From Erysipelotrichaceae bacterium (GTDB lineage Bacteria; Bacillota_I; Bacilli_A; Erysipelotrichales; Erysipelotrichaceae): a stretch of 32,000 bases of DNA. The translations under genes and the position numbers were made by a program. The first letter of the stretch is position 1. Each line of letters opens with the position of its first letter. The notes beneath the pieces are model-generated. The model did no database searches. It saw nothing but the letters and a program-made list of their open reading frames with translations, and was not told the DNA's origin. Below, in pieces: positions 8,563-16,459 of this stretch. The stretch is from positions 77,333-109,332 of the forward strand of contig JAUVVC010000005.1 of the NCBI GenBank assembly GCA_030604855.1, given 5' to 3'.

Positions 8563-9309
8563 CTATGCTTGTGTATTTTGAACAAGGGTTTCATTTCGAT
8601 GGGGTTTCAAACGCATCAAATAAATGAGATAAAGACTTGCGATGATTAGGATCCCAAAGATATAAACGGTATTCAGACCGGGATTGACAAGCATGATCGA
8701 GCCACTGATGTTGAAGATGATGTGAAAGAGAATGCCTGGGAGTAGACTGTTTGTGATGTCCACGATCTTGGCTAATAGTATCCCTAAGACGATGGCTACG
8801 ATGATTTGCTCGATCTGATTGTCCATGGACATTCCACGCATCAGATTGACGATATGGCCTAAACCAAAGGTGACACCGGAGATGAGAATAGCACGATTCG
8901 TTCCAGATTTCGCTTGAATGGCTCTATATAGGAAACCACGGAAGATCAGCTCTTCTAAGAAGCCCACATTGACCATGAGCAGGACGAATAGTGCAATCTG
9001 ATATCCATTTAAGGTGGGGTTCAATGAGCCTGTGAATTGACTTAAACCAAGGAGGATGAGGGGGATAAAATACAACAATTTCTGAACCGAATCCTGAGTG
9101 ATGGCGTTTAAACCGAAATACTTGAACAACGTGTGTTTATAGAGGTAACGAAGACTCAATAGGGATAAACCAAACAAGCCCAGGCTTGTCGCAAGATTCG
9201 CAAGCCCGATGTTTGTTGAGAGTTGATCCAAAACATTGACACTTCCAACATAGATTCCAATCCAAGTAAGAGCGTGAGTCAGTGGTTTTTTCTTGAATAA
9301 ATTAAGCAT
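8563..9309 (-). CDS. CPBP-family intramembrane glutamic endopeptidase (CAAX protease / Abi-like)
   Basis: Motifs EELIFRGFLY and FGLGH, and a second H in ILFHIIFN, in a polytopic protein. I prefer the start at ATG 9309 (MLNLFKK), which has a GAAGGA SD and overlaps the TetR stop (ATGCTTAA). Confidence 0.8.
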   Translation of the reverse strand: MLNLFKKKPLTHALTWIGIYVGSVNVLDQLSTNIGLANLATSLGLFGLSLLSLRYLYKHTLFKYFGLNAITQDSVQKLLYFIPLILLGLSQFTGSLNPTLNGYQIALFVLLMVNVGFLEELIFRGFLYRAIQAKSGTNRAILISGVTFGLGHIVNLMRGMSMDNQIEQIIVAIVLGILLAKIVDITNSLLPGILFHIIFNISGSIMLVNPGLNTVYIFGILIIASLYLIYLMRLKPHRNETLVQNTQA

Positions 9310-9880
9310 GTGTTTCCTTCTCCTTGTGAAGTTGGTGTTTGAACCCGGCAAAGGCGTCGCGTAAAATCTTGGTGACCTCGTCTAAGGAGAGATGGATGTC
9401 ATTGGTCGCACACATTGAAGCGATGCCATGTGTGATCAACCAAACATCAATGAAGAGTTGTTCAGAAAGGTTGAGACTTAAACCACTCAACTGAGCGACC
9501 AATTTGACCACTTCTTGGTTCTCATCATCTTGGATGATCTGAATCAAACTGGTCTGTTTGAACTCATGAGTCATGAAGAGAAGCTTAAATAGGTTCTTTT
9601 CTTCTTGTGCAAACTGAATGTATCCCAAGCCGATGCCTAAGAAAGGATTCGCATCTTGCATGCCTTTCTGTGTGTATGCGTCATAGATTTTTTGTGCTTC
9701 CACCAAGAGTGCCTGTTTCAAAGATCCCATGGTTTCAAAGTTCTTAAAGATGGGTTGTATGGAGCAATTCAGTTCTTTGGCAATCGCACGTGCATTCAAA
9801 CTTTCAATGCCAGATGATCTTACGATTTCCAAGGCGGTTTGGATGATTTGATCGTGGGTTACTTTGACTTTAGGGGGCAT
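9302..9880 (-). CDS. TetR/AcrR-family transcriptional regulator
   Basis: N-terminal HTH (IESLNARAIAKELNCSIQPIFKNFETMGSL) and a helical C-terminal domain. GGAG RBS. Confidence 0.85.
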   Translation of the reverse strand: MPPKVKVTHDQIIQTALEIVRSSGIESLNARAIAKELNCSIQPIFKNFETMGSLKQALLVEAQKIYDAYTQKGMQDANPFLGIGLGYIQFAQEEKNLFKLLFMTHEFKQTSLIQIIQDDENQEVVKLVAQLSGLSLNLSEQLFIDVWLITHGIASMCATNDIHLSLDEVTKILRDAFAGFKHQLHKEKETHA

Positions 9881-9901
9881 GTCTCTCCTTTAAATATCTA
9901 C

Positions 9902-9921
9902 TGATATATATCATATGATAT
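9902..9921. promoter_or_regulatory. Two overlapping perfect palindromes (TGATATATATCA and ATATCATATGATAT), a candidate TetR operator
   Basis: Both palindromes are self-complementary on inspection. They lie between a minus-strand TTTACA-16-TATAAT promoter (-10 at + 9924-9929) and the tetR RBS. Confidence 0.5.
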
Positions 9922-10093
9922 TTATTATAATTGAAATCTATAAAATGTAAATCATTTTTTTAATGGTTTGGTCAAAAAACCTTTGATAAAATTGACGAGC
10001 TGACTTAAGTTGTCTTCATTTAGTGCGATATGCCTATGGTAGTTGTCGTTTTGCTGGACAATTTTTAATTGTGCCAACTAGAAGGAGTTTAGG

Positions 10094-12088
10094 ATGAACT
10101 CAGTCCACAGTTTACTCGATAATGCGGCGATCTTGGTGGCTTCGACCATCATCTATCAAGTATCCGTGCATTTCAAAGAAACCCGCAATCGCTCATCAGA
10201 ACTCTTTGATGCGTTTTTATTCGGTTTGATTGGGATTCTGATCATGGCCATTCCGTATCAAGCTTTTCCTGGCATTCTGATCGATACGCGTACGATTTTG
10301 ATTGGGGCAGTGACCTTGATCTTCAGTTTGAGAAGCAGTCTTTTATTGACCACCATGTTGGTAGGCTATCGATTCTATCTCGGTGGTGTCGGAGCAAATT
10401 TCGGCGTTGCCTTGATTGTCGCAAGCTTCTTAATTGCTTTGGCATTCAAACGTTTTAAAAAACCTCGATCGTTACCAGTCGTCTATTTGTATGGTTTGTT
10501 TCTACATACGCTGATGTATGCGAGTCTTGCGCTTTTGAAGATGGTCGATCCTGCCTATCTGCAACAACAACTCTTCGTTCCTTTGGTGATGGTTCTTCCT
10601 GTGGTTACGGTGGTGGTGACAAAACTGTTTGACATTCAAAACAGTCGCTTAGAACAACATCGTCTGACCCAAAGAGCAGAAGCGTATCATCGTTCCATCT
10701 TTGAACAAGCCACGATTGGAATCTGCTATTTCGATCGCTATGGAATGATCACCTATGCGAATCCGTTCATGGCCAAGCTCTTCAAGGCCAAACAGAGTCG
10801 CTTGGAAGGGGAAAGCCTTAGAACCTTGAACATCCATCGTGAGAAGGATCTGCCTTATGGTCTGGACTTCAGCAGTGTTCAAGATCGATCCAACAGCGTC
10901 ACGCTTGAGAAACAACTCCAACGTTTGGATGGCTCACAGTTCTGGGCGAACATCAGTTTCTCTGCCATTCAATTCGATGAGGAAGAACTTTTCATGAGCA
11001 CGATCATCGATATCAGTGATCGTAAAGAGGCCGAAGCCATGATGGCCTATCTCAACGATCATGATCAATTGACGGGCTGTAAGAACCGTTATTTCTTTGA
11101 GAATCATCTCATCTTCTTTGAAGCCTCTGAACATTGGCCAAACGCCTTTGTGATCGTGGATGTGAATGGTTTGAAGCTCTTCAATGATGCCTTTGGCTTT
11201 GAACATGGGAATGTGATGATCAAGAGTGTTGCAAGCATCCTTCTGAAAAACAACCCGGCAAACGGACATGTCATCCGTTATGGGGGAAGTGAATTCTTGG
11301 TGGTCTTACCCCAGCACGATTTATTCAAAACCCTGGCTTGGATTCGCAACATCAAAGATCAGATCGCAGAATTCAACATGAACGATGTTCAAATCTCGGT
11401 TTCCACCGGTTATGCTTTGATGGAGAACAATCATCAACCCATTGCCCAACTTCTTGTTAAAGCCGAAGAACGCTTGAATCGGGAGAAGCTCAGTGATTCC
11501 ACCAGCGCCATGAGTCATACGATTGAAATCATCATGAACTCGCTTTATGCGAAGAATAAACGTGAAATGGAACATTCCAAACGGGTCAGTGATTTGTGTG
11601 AAAAGATGGCCATCCGTTTACGCTTGGATTCCACTCTGATTCAAAAATTGAAGGTTGCAGGTCTGATGCACGATATCGGAAAAATCGGAATCCCGGATGC
11701 CATCTTGGATAAACCTGGGAAATTGGATGACAATGAATTCATCCTCATTCAGAAACATGCGGAATCGGGCTATAAGATTTTGAGCGCGGCCAATGAATTT
11801 TCTGAGATCGCGAACTATATCCTTGCCCATCATGAACGCTGGGATGGCAAGGGCTATCCAAAAGGCTTGAAGGAAACCGAGATTCCCATCTACGCTCGCA
11901 TCATTTCGATTGCGGATGCCTATGATGCGATGACCTCCGATCGTGCGTACCGTAAAGGCTTGAGTGTGGATGCGGCGATGAGTGAGTTGCAGAAGCACAG
12001 TGGGCGTCAATTCGACCCTTATCTTGTGAAGATTTTCACTGAAATGTTGGGTAAAGATAAATCAAATCCTGCCGAAAAGTTTTCATAA
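10094..12088 (+). CDS. Membrane sensor: 5TMR-LYT domain, PAS, degenerate GGDEF (GGSEF) and HD-GYP c-di-GMP phosphodiesterase domain
   Basis: N-terminal multi-TM region with a GILIDTRTIL block. PAS region (FEQATIGICYFDRYGMITYANPF). GGDEF-fold blocks DQLTGCKNR and RYGGSEFLVVLP. HD-GYP blocks HDIGKIGIPD and HHERWDGKGYPKGL. Confidence 0.85.
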   Translation: MNSVHSLLDNAAILVASTIIYQVSVHFKETRNRSSELFDAFLFGLIGILIMAIPYQAFPGILIDTRTILIGAVTLIFSLRSSLLLTTMLVGYRFYLGGVGANFGVALIVASFLIALAFKRFKKPRSLPVVYLYGLFLHTLMYASLALLKMVDPAYLQQQLFVPLVMVLPVVTVVVTKLFDIQNSRLEQHRLTQRAEAYHRSIFEQATIGICYFDRYGMITYANPFMAKLFKAKQSRLEGESLRTLNIHREKDLPYGLDFSSVQDRSNSVTLEKQLQRLDGSQFWANISFSAIQFDEEELFMSTIIDISDRKEAEAMMAYLNDHDQLTGCKNRYFFENHLIFFEASEHWPNAFVIVDVNGLKLFNDAFGFEHGNVMIKSVASILLKNNPANGHVIRYGGSEFLVVLPQHDLFKTLAWIRNIKDQIAEFNMNDVQISVSTGYALMENNHQPIAQLLVKAEERLNREKLSDSTSAMSHTIEIIMNSLYAKNKREMEHSKRVSDLCEKMAIRLRLDSTLIQKLKVAGLMHDIGKIGIPDAILDKPGKLDDNEFILIQKHAESGYKILSAANEFSEIANYILAHHERWDGKGYPKGLKETEIPIYARIISIADAYDAMTSDRAYRKGLSVDAAMSELQKHSGRQFDPYLVKIFTEMLGKDKSNPAEKFS

Positions 12089-12106
12089 ACAAAATGAAAG
12101 AAATGG

Positions 12107-12135
12107 TTGACAAGTCATTTTACGCTTGTTAGAAT
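12107..12135 (+). promoter_or_regulatory. Sigma-A promoter TTGACA-17-TAGAAT with a TG extended -10
   Basis: TTGACA at 12107-12112 and TGTTAGAAT ending at 12135, with an exact 17-nt spacer. Confidence 0.75.
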
Positions 12136-12141
12136 TCATAC

Positions 12142-12400
12142 AGAAATGCGAAGATAAGAAGAGTAAATCTACAAAGTCTTTCTAGAGAGCCTCGAAGTGC
12201 TGAAAGAGGTAAGATGGGTTGGATTGAACATGGTCTTGGAGCATCATACCGAGGGGCAACCTTAGGCTATGACGTGTGCGCCCGTTAAAGCGCTAGAGTA
12301 TGAACCAGTCACTGGCGTACTTGATAAGGTTTATAAAGTGATTTATAAACAAACAAAGGTGGTAACACGGGTAAGCCCTCGTCCTTCGGATGGGGGCTTT
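12142..12400 (+). promoter_or_regulatory. T-box leader (tRNA-sensing riboswitch), probable Met (AUG) specifier, with intrinsic terminator
   Basis: Stem I elements: AGAGTA (12160-12165), AG-bay AGAGAG (12184-12189) and a distal loop containing GTGCTGA. The specifier-loop 3' side is GAACAUGG, with AUG at 12230-12232. The T-box sequence is AAAGGTGGTAACACGGG (about 12354-12373). The terminator is AGCCCTCGTC/GATGGGGGCT at 12374-12398 plus a T-run. The element lies upstream of metNIQ. Confidence 0.8.
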
Positions 12401-12422
12401 TATATTTATATAGGAGGAAACA

Positions 12423-13166
12423 ATGATCGAAATTAAAGGACTCAGTAAAACCTTTAAAACCGCAAATGGATCACTCTTGGCTCTAGACAATGTCAATCTG
12501 CGCTTAGAAGCTGGTGAGATGGTCGGCATCATTGGGATGAGCGGTGCGGGGAAAACAACGCTCTTACGCTGTTTGAGCTTGTTGGAGAAACCCGATGAAG
12601 GAGCCATCACGATCGATGGTTTGAACTTGCTTGAAGCGAGAGACGATCGAATGCGGGATTACAGACAAAAAATCGGGGTTGTCTTTCAAGGAAATCAACT
12701 CTTGAAACAACGTAATGTCTACGACAACATCGCCTTTCCCTTAACCTTAAAAGGGGAAGCCAAACAAAACTACGATGAGCGGATCAAACGCTTGATCGAA
12801 TTGGTTGGATTACAGGGTAAAGAAGGATCGTATCCTTCCCAACTCTCGGGTGGACAGAAACAACGTGTTGCGATCGCCCGTGCCTTGGCAACCGAACCGG
12901 ATCTATTACTTTTGGATGAACCCACCAGTGCTTTGGATGCCATCACGACCCGAGCGCTCTTGACCTTATTAAACGAAATCCACGCGAAGACACAAGCTAC
13001 GATTCTCATCATCACGCATGAATTGAATGTGGTGGAACGAGTATGTGAAAAAGTCGTGGTGATCGAAGATGGCAAGTTCATCGAAGAAGGCAAGGTGGCG
13101 GATGTGTTCAAACATCCGAAACATAGGACCACACGTCTGCTCTTGGGATTGGAGGAACACGCATGA
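12423..13166 (+). CDS. metN: Methionine-type ABC transporter ATP-binding protein (short form, no C-terminal NIL domain)
   Basis: Walker A GMSGAGKTT, signature LSGGQKQR and Walker B LLLLDEPTSALD. The start context resembles MetN. Operon context with MetI/MetQ homologues and a Met T-box. Confidence 0.85.
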   Translation: MIEIKGLSKTFKTANGSLLALDNVNLRLEAGEMVGIIGMSGAGKTTLLRCLSLLEKPDEGAITIDGLNLLEARDDRMRDYRQKIGVVFQGNQLLKQRNVYDNIAFPLTLKGEAKQNYDERIKRLIELVGLQGKEGSYPSQLSGGQKQRVAIARALATEPDLLLLDEPTSALDAITTRALLTLLNEIHAKTQATILIITHELNVVERVCEKVVVIEDGKFIEEGKVADVFKHPKHRTTRLLLGLEEHA

Positions 13167-13825
13167 ATGCAACACAACTCTATGATCTGCTAAGCACCGG
13201 TTTTGTGGATACCTTGTGGATCATCTTGGGTTCCAGTCTGATTGCATATGGTTTCGGCTTTCCGCTGGGCGTATTGGTTACCCTGACCGGTAAAGATGGA
13301 CTCTATCCCAAACCAGTTCTTTCCTTAGGTCTGAATCGTGCCATCAATATCTTCAGAAGCATACCTTTCTACATCTTGGTTGTGGCACTGATGCCCTTGT
13401 CCAGATTCGTGGTGGGGACCAGCTTGGGTATCAAGGCAACGATTTTCTCACTCAGTGTGGGTGCCATTCCCTTTGTCGCAAGACTGGTGGAATCGGCTTT
13501 ATTGGAAGTGGATTCCGATATGATCGAGTCTGTCATCACGATGGGGGCATCCAAACTTCAGATCGTCACCAAGGTCTTGTTTAGAGAAGCCTTGCCGCAA
13601 TTGATTCAAGGCCTATCCATCACCATGATCATGTTAGTGGGTTACTCCGCTATGGCCGGTCTGATGGGTGGCGGAGGTCTTGGTGATATCGCCATTCGTT
13701 ATGGTTATTACCGCTACAACTACACCATCATGTATTATGCCTTGATCATCTTGATCATCTTAGTAGAAGTCATTCAAACCAGCATCGGTTTAATCGTTAA
13801 ACACATTGATAAACGCAATAAATAG
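13163..13825 (+). CDS. metI: Methionine ABC transporter permease
   Basis: Polytopic 220-aa protein of MetI type. ATGA start/stop overlap with metN. Confidence 0.85.
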   Translation: MNATQLYDLLSTGFVDTLWIILGSSLIAYGFGFPLGVLVTLTGKDGLYPKPVLSLGLNRAINIFRSIPFYILVVALMPLSRFVVGTSLGIKATIFSLSVGAIPFVARLVESALLEVDSDMIESVITMGASKLQIVTKVLFREALPQLIQGLSITMIMLVGYSAMAGLMGGGGLGDIAIRYGYYRYNYTIMYYALIILIILVEVIQTSIGLIVKHIDKRNK

Positions 13826-13834
13826 GAGCACATC

Positions 13835-14641
13835 ATGAAAAACATCATCAAAACATCGTTACTTCTCTTAGCTTTGATTCTTACCCTAACAGGCTGTTCC
13901 ACAGCCAAAGATGACAAAGTCATCAAAGTCGGCGCATCCATCACGCCGCATGCGGAAATCTTGGAAGTCATCAAACCTTTGGTTGAAGCACAAGGCTATA
14001 CCTTAGAAATCATTGAATTCACAGACTACGTTCTACCGAACACAAACTTAAATGAAGGTGAATTGGATGCGAACTACTTCCAACACGTTCCTTACTTGAC
14101 TGACTTCAATGCCGAAAACGGCACGAAGATCGCTTCCGTCTTGGCTGTCCACTTTGAACCTTTAGGCCTCTATCCTGGAAAAACCACAAGTGTTGAAACA
14201 CTTCCTGATGGCGCTCAGATCGCTGTACCCAATGATGCGACTAACGAAGCACGTGCGTTAAATCTACTTCAATCCTTAGGTTTGATCACCATCGATCCTG
14301 CTAAAGCTGAAACCGCAACGATCTTGGACATCACATCCAACCCTAAGAATCTCGTCATCGTTGAGCTTGAAGCCGCTCAATTGGCACGTTCACTCCCGGA
14401 TGTCGATCTTGCCGTCATCAATGGCAACTACGCTTTGGAAGCTGGCATTACCGAAACAGTACTGACCACAGAAGATAAAGATTCCGCTGCGGCTCAAAAG
14501 TATGCGAACATCTTGGCTGTACATGAAGATCAAGTCAACAGTGAAAAGACCAAAATCTTGGTTGAAGCCTTGAAATCCGCAGAAGTCAAAGCATTCATTG
14601 AAGAAAAATATTACCCAGTCGTCATCTCCGTAACCGAATAA
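13835..14641 (+). CDS. metQ: MetQ/NlpA-family methionine-binding lipoprotein
   Basis: Lipobox LTLTGC after a signal peptide. NlpA-family blocks (IKVGASITPHAEIL, ANYFQH, AVINGNYA). Confidence 0.85.
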   Translation: MKNIIKTSLLLLALILTLTGCSTAKDDKVIKVGASITPHAEILEVIKPLVEAQGYTLEIIEFTDYVLPNTNLNEGELDANYFQHVPYLTDFNAENGTKIASVLAVHFEPLGLYPGKTTSVETLPDGAQIAVPNDATNEARALNLLQSLGLITIDPAKAETATILDITSNPKNLVIVELEAAQLARSLPDVDLAVINGNYALEAGITETVLTTEDKDSAAAQKYANILAVHEDQVNSEKTKILVEALKSAEVKAFIEEKYYPVVISVTE

Positions 14642-14644
14642 TCC

Positions 14645-14675
14645 AAAACGTCTCCCACGCGGAGACGTTTTCTTT
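14645..14675 (+). terminator. Intrinsic terminator after metQ
   Basis: AAACGTCTCC-cacgc-GGAGACGTTT followed by TCTTTT. Confidence 0.75.
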
Positions 14676-14687
14676 TATAATGAACGT

Positions 14688-15167
14688 ATGAAGAATATCG
14701 AAATACCAGAATTATTGGAAATCATTGAACGTTATGATGATTACTTTGGAGCACCGGGACAGATTGAATTGATGTCTTGCTTGAAGGATCTTCAACAGAA
14801 ATATGGTTTTGTGCCAAGGGTGAGTTATCCTCTATTGGAGAAACATTTTCAAACCAGCTCAAAGATTGTCGTATCCATCATCAAACGTCTCCCTGCACTC
14901 TTGGAAGAAGGAGGTCCCCATACCTTGTTGGTGTGTAGTGGTCAACGTTGCCTTGATAAGGGTGCGGCTCATTTCATCACGGAGATCGAACAAGTCTTGG
15001 GTTGTAAGGTCGGCGGTGTTAGTAAAGATGGAATGTTTGAACTTAAGACACAGAATTGTCTAAGAAGATGTGCTCAAGGAAAGAATTTGAACATCGACAC
15101 CGATGTGTATACGGAGATGGATATCGAGAAGTTGAAAAAAGTCATTGAAACCATGAGAAAAGGCTGA
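14688..15167 (+). CDS. NuoE/HndA-like thioredoxin-fold [2Fe-2S] ferredoxin domain protein (orphan)
   Basis: Cys pattern VCSGQRC...CLRRC (Cx4C...Cx3C) with an N-terminal helical region, as in 24-kDa subunit homologues. No NuoF or hydrogenase partner in the window. Confidence 0.65.
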   Translation: MKNIEIPELLEIIERYDDYFGAPGQIELMSCLKDLQQKYGFVPRVSYPLLEKHFQTSSKIVVSIIKRLPALLEEGGPHTLLVCSGQRCLDKGAAHFITEIEQVLGCKVGGVSKDGMFELKTQNCLRRCAQGKNLNIDTDVYTEMDIEKLKKVIETMRKG

Positions 15168-15179
15168 ATTCAGCCTTTT
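15158..15179. terminator. Perfect 22-nt palindrome AAAAGGCTGAATTCAGCCTTTT, a bidirectional terminator containing both convergent stop codons
   Basis: Self-complementary on inspection. TGA at 15165-15167 (+) and TGA (-) at 15170-15172 both lie in the stem. Confidence 0.7.
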
Positions 15180-15895
15180 AGTTTGTCCTTTTCTATCTGA
15201 AGAAAGTCCATCCATTCCTGCTTGCTCATGACTTCGGTATGACCATGAACAGCGATATCAAACTTCAGTTCTTCCAAGGCATCCATCAGTTTCGTAATGC
15301 CATCCAGGGTGTAATGTTCCGGACCCTTGTGGTAGTTTGGCGATGTGATGTCCCCTAAGAAAATTACCTTCTCCTCTGGGATAAATATTATTGAGCTGTC
15401 TTCCGCATGATCATTATCGACACGTAATATAAGACAATTCAAATCCCCTAAGTCTATATTTAGGAATTTATCAAAGATGATGTCGGCTGTTTTAACTTGG
15501 ATATGCTTTGGGTCTTCATATTCAACTTTGATACAGCTGTCACAGAATTCAATATCCTCACCACTGATCAAACGTGCTTCCATGGAGATAGGGTCCCATT
15601 GCCACTGCGACATCTCGATCAATTTGGCTTGGGTCTTGGCACTGCAGATCGATGGGATATCGAGATGAGATAAACCATAGACATGGTCCCAATGCCAATG
15701 GGTCAAGATGACGAAATCCGGAGTCTTTAAATCTTTCATTTTAAGCTCATCCAGAAACAATTGAGCGTGCGCAGGGGAATTCCCTGCATCGATCATAACA
15801 CTGTATTTAGAGCCTTTAATATAGCCCAAACGTGGACGATCATTCAGTTCTTCATTATCCGATATATAAATACTGGCTGTGATTTGATGGTGCAT
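15170..15895 (-). CDS. MBL-fold metallo-hydrolase
   Basis: HxHxDH motif (LTHWHWDHVYG) and a downstream H in AVHGH. Confidence 0.8.
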   Translation of the reverse strand: MHHQITASIYISDNEELNDRPRLGYIKGSKYSVMIDAGNSPAHAQLFLDELKMKDLKTPDFVILTHWHWDHVYGLSHLDIPSICSAKTQAKLIEMSQWQWDPISMEARLISGEDIEFCDSCIKVEYEDPKHIQVKTADIIFDKFLNIDLGDLNCLILRVDNDHAEDSSIIFIPEEKVIFLGDITSPNYHKGPEHYTLDGITKLMDALEELKFDIAVHGHTEVMSKQEWMDFLQIEKDKLKG

Positions 15896-15938
15896 AGCAG
15901 TCCTCTATTAACATTATAAACTTTTTAACAAAAGTGTG

Positions 15939-15989
15939 TTGACAGTAAATATTAGGTAATGTATTATCTTTATAGGTAATGTATTACCT
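15939..15989 (+). promoter_or_regulatory. Promoter TTGACA-17-TATTAT overlapped by two tandem MarR-type operators (AGGTAATGTATTATCT and AGGTAATGTATTACCT)
   Basis: -35 at 15939-15944 and -10 at 15962-15967. Box 1 is at 15954-15969. Box 2 at 15974-15989 is a perfect 7-2-7 inverted repeat. The boxes are 20 bp apart. Confidence 0.65.
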
Positions 15990-16000
15990 AAAGGAACATT

Positions 16001-16459
16001 ATGCGTAAAATCGATCAAATCCCAGATCATCTCTACATCTTCGGCAGTCTGTTTGTGCTTGCGAATCGTGTCGATACCCTCATGGAAAGAGCTTTGAGCA
16101 AGTTTGGTGTGAGCTCTAAACAATGGTTCTTGTCCATTTGTGTAGCCTCTCTATTCGATGAAGATCCAAGTTTAAAGGAATTGGCAAGGGTTAGTGGTTC
16201 ATCACACCAGAACGTCAAACAAGTCGCATTGAAACTTGAACAGAAAGACTTGATGAATCTATACAAAGATCCCAAAGACGCCCGTGTCACCCGTGTGCGC
16301 TTAAGTGAATCCAGTTCAACATTCTGGGCTCAAAGCGATGGGGATGCTCAGAAGTTCTTGAGTGATCTTTATCAAGGGATCGATGAAGCGGAAATGCGGG
16401 TTGTACGCAAGGTATTTAAACAATTGGATCGAAATCTAGAAGCCATGGAGGAAAAATGA
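16001..16459 (+). CDS. MarR-family transcriptional regulator
   Basis: Winged-HTH region LKELARVSGSSHQNVKQVALKLEQKDLMNLYKDPKDARVTRVRLS. Confidence 0.8.
   Translation: MRKIDQIPDHLYIFGSLFVLANRVDTLMERALSKFGVSSKQWFLSICVASLFDEDPSLKELARVSGSSHQNVKQVALKLEQKDLMNLYKDPKDARVTRVRLSESSSTFWAQSDGDAQKFLSDLYQGIDEAEMRVVRKVFKQLDRNLEAMEEK

Noticed and set aside
9310-9351. Longer start (MPGSNTNF...) for the CPBP gene
   Set aside because: It would overlap 50 nt of the tetR coding sequence with no RBS. ATG 9309 has a GAAGGA SD and a classic stop/start overlap.
12293-12610. 105-aa minus-strand ORF across the T-box leader and the metN start
   Set aside because: It overlaps a structured RNA leader and the Walker A region of metN in antisense, and it has no supporting signals.
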